A DNA stretch of 59,912 nucleotides from a virus (IMGVR_UViG_3300025770_001265:1-59912), one strand, 5' to 3'. Positions 49,778 through 58,181 are shown, numbered from the stretch's first letter. The notes: generated from the sequence alone by a model not told the origin. Numbers and translations are program-made.

Positions 49778-51105
49778 ATAAAGAAGCTATAAATTTAGAT
49801 AAAATAGGTCCTTTAATGGGAGGTAGTTTGCTTCTAGGTGGGGGCGTTGCATCAGCAGTAGCTCTATATAAGTTAATGAATCGTCTCAATGAGAATAGAC
49901 GGAAAGAAGAATCTACATCTTATGATGATGACACCTTGTATCTAACATTACCTCAACCTGAAGAGGAGGAGCAAAAATCTGCTTCTTCTGTCGACGAATC
50001 ATCTACCACTGGTCCATCTGATGTTTTGGTGGGTGGCCTTGGTGCTATATTATCTGCTTATTTAGGTTATAAGGGAGTAGACTCAATTTATAACTCCATA
50101 CGGCAAAATCGACTTCAATCTGAATTAGATGAAGCTCAAAATATTTATTTAAAGAGACTTCAACAAACAAAGACAGCGGGAGTTAAAACTGCTTTTGGCA
50201 GTAACCTAGATAGGATGGGAGCTGCGACATTGGCAGTTCCATTGTTGATAGCACTAGGTACTGGTTTAGTTACTAATAGAATTTTGGATAAGGGATCGCC
50301 TAGTATTAAAAATAAGAAAACAAAAACTAATTTACGGAAAATAGTAATTAAAACTAAAAAACCTAAAAAATCTAAAAAGAAAAAAATTGAGAAAAAGGAT
50401 GTTAAAGAGGAGTTGCCTGTAGAGCCTGTGGCATTGCCTGGGAAAACACCACAACTTCCTACTGAGGATGTATCGCCTTCTGATGTTGAAAATTTAATAC
50501 ATCTTTCCTTAGCCAAACAAAGTAAAGATTCCGGACTTAATGATTTAATCAACAAAGTGGCATCTGACGGTGTGGAGTCTATTAAAAATAATTTTATTGA
50601 TTTTGGTCTTTTTACTACCTTTGATATGGTAAAAAATTCTTCCTCAATGGATAAAGAATCTAGAGCACGGGCTATTAAAGTACTGTCTAATGATTCAATC
50701 TTACAAGACTCAGTTGCGCTGTATGTAGCATCTGAATACTATGATATGACGCCCACTTTATGTAAGAATGCTCGAACAATATCAAACCTTGATGCCGATG
50801 CTTTGGTTGATTTTAGTAGAGAATCATTACTTGATGTTGGTCGAACTAAGAAAGCGGTAGCAGGTACTTTACTAACACATTATCTAAATAAGGAATTATC
50901 ATCATCCAAAGAGGACGAGGAAGAGGATCAATCACACGATAGAGGTTTGCAACTTGGGGCCAGTGAAGATTCGGAATCTCTTAAGAGCCCAGATGAACCG
51001 CCAACACAAATAGATGGCGTACACGTAGATGCTGCTGATGGTAATGCTGAGGACTTTTTAAATAAATATCAGGACATAATAGACGCTGCTCTTGACGTGA
51101 AATAA
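49723..51105 (+). CDS. K-x-A multi-segment protein (true start possibly GTG at 49774)
   Basis: Three hydrophobic segments, preceded respectively by KEA, KSA and KTA..KTA. Confidence 0.7.
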   Translation: MESTYNYDQNFVQKNNKVNKEAINLDKIGPLMGGSLLLGGGVASAVALYKLMNRLNENRRKEESTSYDDDTLYLTLPQPEEEEQKSASSVDESSTTGPSDVLVGGLGAILSAYLGYKGVDSIYNSIRQNRLQSELDEAQNIYLKRLQQTKTAGVKTAFGSNLDRMGAATLAVPLLIALGTGLVTNRILDKGSPSIKNKKTKTNLRKIVIKTKKPKKSKKKKIEKKDVKEELPVEPVALPGKTPQLPTEDVSPSDVENLIHLSLAKQSKDSGLNDLINKVASDGVESIKNNFIDFGLFTTFDMVKNSSSMDKESRARAIKVLSNDSILQDSVALYVASEYYDMTPTLCKNARTISNLDADALVDFSRESLLDVGRTKKAVAGTLLTHYLNKELSSSKEDEEEDQSHDRGLQLGASEDSESLKSPDEPPTQIDGVHVDAADGNAEDFLNKYQDIIDAALDVK

Positions 51106-51128
51106 AGCACTCTTACGTGCTATATATA
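51098..51128 (+). promoter_or_regulatory. Putative phage promoter, copy 3
   Basis: TGAAAT-17nt-TATATA, preceded by GTGC. Confidence 0.65.
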
Positions 51129-51158
51129 CATGTCTAGTGTACTATTTATTATTTTTTA

Positions 51159-51572
51159 ATTATCAAAAGACACTGGCATAAATATAAAGTTTCCGACTCA
51201 ACTAAAAGAACAGTTGACGGAATTGTATTTGCATCGCGATTAGAATCGCGAGTGTATTTATATTTAAAAAAAGTAATTGGAAAAGAAAATTTTACTCTTC
51301 AGCCCGAATTTGTACTTCAAGACAAATTTAGGCTAGATGGAAAAGCTATACGAGCTATAAAATATGTAGCCGATTTTTTAGTTAAGGATGGCGATAATGA
51401 TATTGTTGTAGACGCTAAAGGTATGACTACTCCTGTATTTAAATTAAAGGAAAAATTATTTAAATATAAATTCAGGAAATCTATAGTCTTATTAAAAACT
51501 AAAAAAGATATGCGTGCATTTGCATTAAGTTTAAAACACATAAAATTAAAAATACCATTGGAGGAATTATAG
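51159..51572 (+). CDS. DUF1064-like PD-(D/E)xK nuclease
   Basis: In-frame HKYKV...RTVDGIVFASRLESRVY lies upstream of the listed GTG, then LQPEFVLQ, YVADF, VVDAKG and FKLKEKLF; start codon uncertain. Confidence 0.75.
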   Translation: MIKRHWHKYKVSDSTKRTVDGIVFASRLESRVYLYLKKVIGKENFTLQPEFVLQDKFRLDGKAIRAIKYVADFLVKDGDNDIVVDAKGMTTPVFKLKEKLFKYKFRKSIVLLKTKKDMRAFALSLKHIKLKIPLEEL

Positions 51573-51922
51573 TGGCGACAAAGCTGTCTCGAGAAATAAT
51601 AAGAGAAACAACTATAGAAGCAAACGGAAGAAAATTACTAGTATATCTAAATCCAAAACAAGAAATTGGATTTAAATTTAAAGGACTCAAACATGAGCCC
51701 TTTTTTTTTAATCTAATTTCTGTGTATAATCAATTAATGGATATAGAATTAGTTGATGAGTCCAATATTTCTAATGACGTAGAAGAGAAAGAAGAGAATG
51801 TAAGCACCGATGTTAAAAGTTGCGTGCAGGCTATATTAAAAGATATTCAAGATAACGAAGTATTACCATATCCATATCAACGAGATTTGGTTAAATATTA
51901 TCGTAAAAAAAATATATTATAA
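51572..51922 (+). CDS. Hypothetical protein
   Basis: 116-aa ORF with GTG start, coupled to the upstream stop. Confidence 0.6.
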   Translation: MATKLSREIIRETTIEANGRKLLVYLNPKQEIGFKFKGLKHEPFFFNLISVYNQLMDIELVDESNISNDVEEKEENVSTDVKSCVQAILKDIQDNEVLPYPYQRDLVKYYRKKNIL

Positions 51923-51923
51923 A

Positions 51924-52604
51924 ATGAACGAAAATGAAAAAAGTTTTATAAAGTTAGCTGGTAGTATAAATTCAAATTGCTCAAAAGAGAGAGCACAGTT
52001 GTTACTAGAATTTATAACACAGGAGCGTATAAAAGAAGGTTTACTCGTATGTCCGGCCAGTTCAAGTAAATCGTATCATCATTGCTTTGAGGGTGGATTA
52101 CTACACCACATTAATCAAATGATTAAGATAGCATTGTGTATGCGTGAGTGTGGTCAGCCCATAATTGATAGGATAACTACCGAAAACTTAGTTACGGTTA
52201 TTGTATTACATGATCTTCACAAAATATGTGATCCTTACGGTAAATCGTATTATGTAACTAATTTACTTAAAAGCGGGAAAGCATCAGAATCAAAGCCCTT
52301 TAAAATTGCTGACAATTTTAATGATTTAAGTACTGCTATGAGCAAGTATGGCGATGCTATACTAGATTATTTTATGGAGCATTCTGACATTAAACCATCC
52401 GGCCATTTGTCTTTACTAACATTGATAAATTTTGGTATCAAATTATATAATGATCTTAGTGACGACGAGAAGCATGCAATAATTTATCATGGCGGCACTT
52501 ACGAAGTGAGTAAGTTTGAACTACGCGGAAAAGAAAGTATGCTACAATTAGTATTACATTCTGCCGACATGCTCAGCAGTAGATTTCACGAAGATGAGTG
52601 GTAA
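51924..52604 (+). CDS. HD-domain hydrolase (YhaM-like)
   Basis: CPASSSKSYHHCFEGGLLHH, LHDLHKI, AIIYHGG and LHSADM. Confidence 0.85.
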   Translation: MNENEKSFIKLAGSINSNCSKERAQLLLEFITQERIKEGLLVCPASSSKSYHHCFEGGLLHHINQMIKIALCMRECGQPIIDRITTENLVTVIVLHDLHKICDPYGKSYYVTNLLKSGKASESKPFKIADNFNDLSTAMSKYGDAILDYFMEHSDIKPSGHLSLLTLINFGIKLYNDLSDDEKHAIIYHGGTYEVSKFELRGKESMLQLVLHSADMLSSRFHEDEW

Positions 52605-53016
52605 TCACTATCCATCACATAAATTAAGTGAATATTTTTTATTAAAAAAAGGGAAAGGTTCTTCCGCTGCTGCTAAAAAGAAATCTGAGCTTGTAGTATT
52701 ATTTCAAATTTGGACTAAAAATAATCTCTATATTCTTTTAGAAGGTTCGGGTTATAGTATGTCTCCAAGCCTCAGCTATACTTTCCGTATGTATAAATGC
52801 CAAGGTATCGCTACAGGTAAAATGCGTAAAAAAGTACGTAAATATTTTAAACGTGGTTTTAAACGCACGCATCAAGACTGCACCTATATAACGGCCTTAG
52901 AGACTCTTAACGTACAAGCTGATACTAACGATAAGATAGCTAGTGGCGTAATACTAACTCAAATTGCTGAAAGTGAGCCACAACCTTATAAGGAGAAGAT
53001 TATTAGTATACTATGA
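52594..53016 (+). CDS. Hypothetical protein
   Basis: 140-aa basic ORF. Confidence 0.55.
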   Translation: MSGNHYPSHKLSEYFLLKKGKGSSAAAKKKSELVVLFQIWTKNNLYILLEGSGYSMSPSLSYTFRMYKCQGIATGKMRKKVRKYFKRGFKRTHQDCTYITALETLNVQADTNDKIASGVILTQIAESEPQPYKEKIISIL

Positions 53017-53468
53017 AGGTGAACCAAATATTAGACCAAACTGAATCTGATCTTCAGGATCCGATCAAAGTCTCAGGTTATGGCCTTGCTGATGCGCACG
53101 GAATAGAAACCTTAGTTTGGGATCCTGAAGAAGCGCATGCAGCTATATTAGGATTAAAGCAAAGAGGTTTATTAGGATTACGTGCTTCGCTTAATAGACA
53201 TAGGCACGCTACATATTTTGAGCTACATAATGTTAATTATAATGATAAAGTTGTTATAGACAGGTTATTAAAGCTAGGCAAATATATGTCTGCTTTATTA
53301 TATTTAAAAGGAACGTCTGAGGTGCATATACCTAAGGAATATATTGGCAGCTGGGATTTAATCCCCAATCCGGCAGTTGATCCATACCACCACGTAGGTG
53401 ATGATGATAATGAGGATCAGATCGATGAAATTAATGAACTAGGACCTATAGGTCTCGAACATAATTAA
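53013..53468 (+). CDS. Hypothetical protein
   Basis: 151-aa ORF with ATGA overlap. Confidence 0.65.
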   Translation: MKVNQILDQTESDLQDPIKVSGYGLADAHGIETLVWDPEEAHAAILGLKQRGLLGLRASLNRHRHATYFELHNVNYNDKVVIDRLLKLGKYMSALLYLKGTSEVHIPKEYIGSWDLIPNPAVDPYHHVGDDDNEDQIDEINELGPIGLEHN

Positions 53469-53471
53469 ACA

Positions 53472-54593
53472 ATGGATGAAACTAATTTAAATGAGGCTAA
53501 TATCAGTCTCGAATTACCTCCTCCTCCTAATGAGATTGAAATCTCTGAGGAGGATGTTACAGATGATGTAGTAGTAAATATAGAGGATGCAGTAAAATCC
53601 CCAATTGAAAAAGCTGGAAAATACCGTGGTTTTCAAGGTAGAGCTAAGCGAAAAGGATCTGCTTACTCCGCTGAGCATCGTTGGTCAGAATCTCAATATT
53701 CTATATATAAGCAATTATTTCTTATTGATTTTATTGCGGCACAGTCAGAAGCCTGGCATAACAGCGCACCTCCTGATGATGCACGCACGACTACGGATGT
53801 AGAGGAGGATTTTAATCCTTTTATAGATACTCCTACACCTCCTAGCTATCCTCCTGGTATGCTAGATAGGATATATACATTTGTAGACATGTTTGGAGGT
53901 TTAGGCATGTGGGCAGATAAGCACACAGGTCAGACATGTGCCGGATCTCCAATTTGCATATACAATACACTAGAGGAGTACAGGGTAGAGTATTATGGTA
54001 TGGTATTTGAGCAAAATCGAAAACGTGCAGATGATTTGAAAAATATTCTATATAATCGTAGGCAGAGAGTTGATGTGTTCAATGAGGATAATCGACATTT
54101 TTGTAAAGAATACAATGATCGATTACAACCTAATCAAATAAGTTGGGCATCCCCAAGTTTACTTTATCTTGATTATACAAGACAGGCTAACTCAACTCAT
54201 ATACGAGAATTAACTACAAGTATGCCTCAGTCAGACGTATTAATTCATTACAATGCTGGTGCTTTTAAAAGAGCAATAAATAGTCCTCTTTGTGATAAAC
54301 AAAAAGCTCATGAGGGTAATGCTCAATATTTAACTTATCTATTTAATCGTAAATACTGGTTTATAAATAATTGGGATATATTACCTCACAATAAGTGTAA
54401 TTTTGTGGCTATCTATGGTACTAACAAATCTCCTGATTCTATATTAACACCAGAAAATTATGCGAGACTAACTAATAATGCTGCCCCTAGGTCTGAGCCA
54501 AATATATTATATCCATATGACTCAATTCGAGGTCGTTCCTTGAGGCTAAAAGCACATTTAAGTAAAGAACAAATGAAAACCACTCAATATTAA
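53472..54593 (+). CDS. Hypothetical protein
   Basis: 373-aa ORF. Confidence 0.7.
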   Translation: MDETNLNEANISLELPPPPNEIEISEEDVTDDVVVNIEDAVKSPIEKAGKYRGFQGRAKRKGSAYSAEHRWSESQYSIYKQLFLIDFIAAQSEAWHNSAPPDDARTTTDVEEDFNPFIDTPTPPSYPPGMLDRIYTFVDMFGGLGMWADKHTGQTCAGSPICIYNTLEEYRVEYYGMVFEQNRKRADDLKNILYNRRQRVDVFNEDNRHFCKEYNDRLQPNQISWASPSLLYLDYTRQANSTHIRELTTSMPQSDVLIHYNAGAFKRAINSPLCDKQKAHEGNAQYLTYLFNRKYWFINNWDILPHNKCNFVAIYGTNKSPDSILTPENYARLTNNAAPRSEPNILYPYDSIRGRSLRLKAHLSKEQMKTTQY

Positions 54594-54607
54594 TTTAATA
54601 ATTACTT

Positions 54608-55324
54608 ATGAATTTCAAAACAATAATAAACAAAATTGACAATGCTATGGACCAAGAAATACAACGTATCATGAATAACAACCAAGAAAATAATAGTAAC
54701 GAAAATGATGAAATCGTAGTCGATAATGCACAAGACATATGCCTAGAAGGCTCAGAAGAAGAATGTACTCAGTCGCCAAATTATGTTGTAGATGAACTGT
54801 TATTTAGTTCGGACGAGCAAAATACTGAAGAAACTTTAGTTGAATTTAGGAATCAAGACCCTGTTATAAAACGTCTTGATGAAATTCAAAATTATCTAAT
54901 AGAGCTCACTAAGTCTCATGATAGTCTTATCACTAATCTGCAATCTACGATTGTTGAATCTATGGCTACAATTAGAGCAGCTAAAGCACCTACTAAACGT
55001 AGGCTAAAGACGACTAAATATACTGAAGATCATGAGAATTATTACAAAGCTATACTAGAGGCGTTTACACAAAAGACAGGGAAAAATCAAAGAGATTTAA
55101 CAAATGGTGTAAATCAATTAGTAGCCAGTAATCATGGCTATTCTATCGGTAAGCCATCTGAGTGTGCAGCTAGTGAGCACATCTTAACTAAAGTAGCTAA
55201 AGATAATGAAGTTAATGCAGACTATTTAACAGTAGATAAATATTTAGATACAGTTAAAGAGTATGTAAAATTTATAACTGGAATTTCTGTAGAACCACCA
55301 GAAGATATATCTGACTCTGTTTAG
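54608..55324 (+). CDS. Hypothetical protein
   Basis: 238-aa ORF ending before a terminator. Confidence 0.7.
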   Translation: MNFKTIINKIDNAMDQEIQRIMNNNQENNSNENDEIVVDNAQDICLEGSEEECTQSPNYVVDELLFSSDEQNTEETLVEFRNQDPVIKRLDEIQNYLIELTKSHDSLITNLQSTIVESMATIRAAKAPTKRRLKTTKYTEDHENYYKAILEAFTQKTGKNQRDLTNGVNQLVASNHGYSIGKPSECAASEHILTKVAKDNEVNADYLTVDKYLDTVKEYVKFITGISVEPPEDISDSV

Positions 55325-55342
55325 TTAGTTACTAACTTACAT

Positions 55343-55375
55343 AAAAAAAAGAGCTCTTTGTTGAGCTCTTTTTTT
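55343..55375. terminator. Bidirectional intrinsic terminator
   Basis: A8-GAGCTC-TTTGTT-GAGCTC-T7 between convergent genes. Confidence 0.85.
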
Positions 55376-55679
55376 ACGTATTCCTAGATAGAGCTCCGAT
55401 TACCATCGGAAGCGTCCATTCATCTAATCTAGGTATGGATATGTTTCCTCTGTTCTCCCCAATAATATATCCCGGTTCTTCTTTGTATCTTACAAAGTCT
55501 TCTATGAAATCCATAGCACCATGAGCTTTTAACCAGTACCAGTATATATCAACCAGATCTTTTTCGCAGAAAACAAGTATGTCCTTATTCTTAAAGATTG
55601 AAGCATAAAGAGTCACATCGCGAAAACACATAACAGAACTAGGAGGCTCTGATAGACTGGCTTCCACAAGGATCGGCAT
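55374..55679 (-). CDS. Hypothetical protein
   Basis: 101-aa ORF converging on the bidirectional terminator. Confidence 0.65.
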   Translation of the reverse strand: MPILVEASLSEPPSSVMCFRDVTLYASIFKNKDILVFCEKDLVDIYWYWLKAHGAMDFIEDFVRYKEEPGYIIGENRGNISIPRLDEWTLPMVIGALSRNT

Positions 55680-55716
55680 AATGTTAAAATACTAGATTTC
55701 TCATTATTTAACAACA

Positions 55717-55745
55717 TGCAATTTTCTAGTTATACGTGGTATATA
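55717..55745 (+). promoter_or_regulatory. Putative phage promoter, copy 4
   Basis: TGCAAT-17nt-TATATA, preceded by ATACGTGG. Confidence 0.7.
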
Positions 55746-55825
55746 CAAATGGTCACGGATATTAATTCTACGACTACGGAGCTTAAAGGACTTCGTTCTT
55801 CGTGTGGAAGAGAAACTTTACAGTT

Positions 55826-56095
55826 ATGATTAATTTAAATTTAATTAAAGCTCGTTTAGAACGCCTTACCGGATCAGTTATTACGCTTAACAGCAGTGAT
55901 GACGGATTAGCCGTTACCATTGATGCAGGCCCAAGAGACTCTGCAGTTGGTGGGTGGTGCGGAGGCATAACTTCCTTGTTCCTGCAAAAAGGCGCAATTG
56001 TCCCACGTGAGATATCGGGCCGTTCAACTATTGTTGGCGGACTATCTGCGTGGTATGATTTGCTGGACGGCACGGGCTGGGAGTTTAATTATTAA
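55826..56095 (+). CDS. Hypothetical protein
   Basis: MINLNLIKARLERLTG...; lies between the promoter and a UUCG terminator. Confidence 0.55.
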   Translation: MINLNLIKARLERLTGSVITLNSSDDGLAVTIDAGPRDSAVGGWCGGITSLFLQKGAIVPREISGRSTIVGGLSAWYDLLDGTGWEFNY

Positions 56096-56103
56096 CCTTT
56101 AAC

Positions 56104-56127
56104 AAAGAACACTTCGGTGTTTCTTTT
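56104..56127 (+). terminator. Intrinsic terminator with cUUCGg loop
   Basis: AAAGAACAC-TTCG-GTGTTTCTTTT. Confidence 0.7.
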
Positions 56128-56163
56128 ACCTATTATCTACTATTTTTTTAGCTATTAGAGACA

Positions 56164-56194
56164 TGCAATTTTAACCTCATACGTGGTATATATA
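56164..56194 (+). promoter_or_regulatory. Putative phage promoter, copy 5
   Basis: TGCAAT-17nt-TATATA, preceded by ATACGTGG; shares ACATGCAATTTT with copy 4. Confidence 0.7.
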
Positions 56195-56209
56195 GAAGAT
56201 AAGGATTAG

Positions 56210-56566
56210 TTGTTACCAAAAATTAAATTAAGTTATGACATTATGAAAAAAATAAAAAAACAAGAAACATTTGAAATGCCTGGGCATGGCTTTGAACATC
56301 TATTTCAAGCAGAGATGAAAAAGAATTCATTTTCAGCAATTCTTCTAAATGATCCGTGGTTGGGTGAATTTTTACACTCTTTAACTTTAGTTGAAAATCA
56401 ATTAATATTGATGTGTAATACAAAAGGAAGTTTAGTTGCGCTTAACAATGCTAAGCGTGATGTAATAAACAAAGCTGCTTTCCTTGTGGAGCAATTAAGG
56501 AAATCAGAGACTCAGCAATTACTAACTGAGCTTGCGACAAAACCATCCGTAAAATCTTTAAACTAG
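56210..56566 (+). CDS. Hypothetical protein (start may be ATG at 56243)
   Basis: ORF downstream of the promoter motif. Confidence 0.6.
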   Translation: MLPKIKLSYDIMKKIKKQETFEMPGHGFEHLFQAEMKKNSFSAILLNDPWLGEFLHSLTLVENQLILMCNTKGSLVALNNAKRDVINKAAFLVEQLRKSETQQLLTELATKPSVKSLN

Positions 56567-56579
56567 TTTAAAAAAAATT

Positions 56580-56810
56580 ATGGATATGGATGAAGTCGGG
56601 TTGGATTTACGTAAAATTCAAACTACCATAGATCAAGTGAATAATAATGTGATTCTTACAAACTTAAGCATTTCTTTAGAAACTAGAAATGCTTCAGTAA
56701 AGATTTTGAATTCATTGGTAGACTTGGTAGTTAAACAAGATTTATTAATAGCTAAACTTTTGGAGGATGCATCTAAACAGATATCTCCTCCTCAACACGA
56801 ACAAAACTAA
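56580..56810 (+). CDS. Hypothetical coiled-coil protein
   Basis: 76-aa ORF. Confidence 0.55.
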   Translation: MDMDEVGLDLRKIQTTIDQVNNNVILTNLSISLETRNASVKILNSLVDLVVKQDLLIAKLLEDASKQISPPQHEQN

Positions 56811-56822
56811 TAGAAATCAATA

Positions 56823-57413
56823 ATGACAGAAGAATATAATATAAAGGATGTAGTAGAAGTTCTCTCAACCCTTGCGGTTGGAATAGGTGAGATGGGTAGT
56901 AATATGCGGGATATCTCAAATGCTGTTGGCTTAATCGCTACTAATAGCCAAGAGTTAACTGCGATTAAACATCGCCTCAGTCATCTGACTGAGACTAGCG
57001 AGCAAATTGCGTCAGCATTTGTGTTTGATCAAAAGTCTAATAAAGCGGGTGCGGTGTATCATATGGCGGGTAGTTTAAACTCTATCAAATTTGCTATGCC
57101 AGGCTACAGTCCTAATCCCCAAGGGAAACAACACAATCAACAGCCTATGTCTACCATGGACAATGACCGCAAGCGAGGCGTACGCTACACTGAAGCTCAA
57201 CACGAGCAATTTCGAGTAGCACGACAGCAACAGTATCGTCCTGACGAAAGGGCTATTGATCAACCTGTTGTTCATACTAATCTGGAGGATGCAACTAGGT
57301 TATCTGAACCTACAGCACAGAATCTAGCTAATCAAAATGATACTACAGCTCCGGCAACGCAGGAGGACATGTACTCTCTAAAAGAAAGCTTGAATATTAA
57401 GAAGACACAGTAG
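56823..57413 (+). CDS. Hypothetical protein
   Basis: 196-aa ORF. Confidence 0.65.
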   Translation: MTEEYNIKDVVEVLSTLAVGIGEMGSNMRDISNAVGLIATNSQELTAIKHRLSHLTETSEQIASAFVFDQKSNKAGAVYHMAGSLNSIKFAMPGYSPNPQGKQHNQQPMSTMDNDRKRGVRYTEAQHEQFRVARQQQYRPDERAIDQPVVHTNLEDATRLSEPTAQNLANQNDTTAPATQEDMYSLKESLNIKKTQ

Positions 57414-57444
57414 TGCAATTTAACCACGTACTGTGTTAAATATA
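57414..57444 (+). promoter_or_regulatory. Putative phage promoter, copy 6 (upstream of the ncRNA array)
   Basis: TGCAAT-17nt-TAAATA, preceded by GTGT. Confidence 0.65.
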
Positions 57445-57508
57445 ACTAGTAAGTGCGTAACTTTTGAATTGTCCTCAGTCGATAATATAAAACAATAAGC
57501 GCTTATAC

Positions 57509-57626
57509 ACGGACCTGGCACCTGCAATCAAAAAATAAGAAACCACTAATCAGGCAGCAATGCCTGTGCATCCTCCTTACGAATTGAGAGGATATAAAAT
57601 AAAACCAAATTCAAAACCAGGTCTGT
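57509..57626 (+). ncRNA. Structured RNA unit 1 (closing stem, CCUGCA motif, two inner hairpins)
   Basis: ACGGACCTGG/CCAGGTCTGT 10-bp stem; CAGGCA-GCAA-TGCCTG GNRA hairpin; ATCCTC/GAGGAT hairpin; A-rich linkers. Confidence 0.6.
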
Positions 57627-57840
57627 AATTTACAGGGTAAAGGATGGTGATAACCGACAGAAAGCTACAAGGCAGAGCAGTGCCTAGTATGCTGCCAAGG
57701 CACCATTCCGGTATGCGAGATTATAATGCGCCACAAGCAAAGTGGGTCCTATACCTACGCGCACTCTATACCACCCTACACTTTATAACTCAGGATGCCC
57801 CCTGTCATCCATAAGGTAGCGAGTGCTACTAACAGGGACC

Positions 57841-57956
57841 ATTTGTCGAATAAGTGAGTTCAAATCTCACCGTCCCAACCTTAAACGCCTTAGCGAAGAG
57901 CCTGCCGAAAGGTGGTTGGGTAAGCCGTAGCAGTTATCTGGAATGCACCGACAATT
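57841..57956 (+). ncRNA. YrlA-like Y RNA (circularly permuted tRNA mimic)
   Basis: Closing stem TTGTCG/CGACAA with GTCGAA; T-arm GTGAG-TTCAAAT-CTCAC; closed acceptor-like stem CCCAACC/GGTTGGG; then TA plus D-arm GCA-GTTATCTGGAA-TGC. Confidence 0.65.
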
Positions 57957-57958
57957 TT

Positions 57959-58015
57959 TCTGACCCATACTGCATAAACAACCAAACAAATAAAACTGGT
58001 TCCAAAAGGGTCGGA
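57959..58015 (+). ncRNA. Structured RNA unit 2 (stem plus ACUGCA motif)
   Basis: TCTGACCC/GGGTCGGA stem, ATACTGCATAAA, inner AACCA/TGGTT, AAAA before the 3' strand. Confidence 0.6.
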
Positions 58016-58021
58016 CTCTAC

Positions 58022-58077
58022 GCAGACGCTAACAGCATAAAAATTCATACCAAACCAATGAAAAAAAATGCGTCTGC
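58022..58077 (+). ncRNA. Structured RNA unit 3 (stem plus ACAGCA motif)
   Basis: GCAGACGC/GCGTCTGC stem, TAACAGCATAAAA, inner TTCAT/ATGAA, A-run before the 3' strand. Confidence 0.65.
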
Positions 58078-58090
58078 ACTAAAAGACAAT

Positions 58091-58168
58091 TTGGAAGGGG
58101 AAGGGACGGAGTCAAACTGTAGTTGAGTTCCCGCTCAGCTCGACGGCTCTGCCCTTCCATCCTTCCAA
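58091..58168 (+). ncRNA. Structured RNA unit 4 (22-bp interrupted stem plus ACUGUA)
   Basis: TTGGAAGG/CCTTCCAA, GGAAGGG/CCCTTCC and CGGAGTC/GGCTCTG, then AAACTGT and inner AGTTGAG/CTCAGCT. Confidence 0.6.
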
Positions 58169-58181
58169 TTACAATTTCACA

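Noticed and set aside
57833-57880. Canonical tRNA or tmRNA 3' end (T-arm plus CGTCCCAACC)
   Set aside because: Only 14 nt separate GGGAC from the T-arm, so there is no upstream D or anticodon arm, and there is no CCA; the permuted YrlA-like reading explains more of the sequence.
57854-58126. 90-aa GTG-start ORF in the track
   Set aside because: It starts inside the T-arm, crosses four RNA stems, has no RBS and no recognisable protein features.
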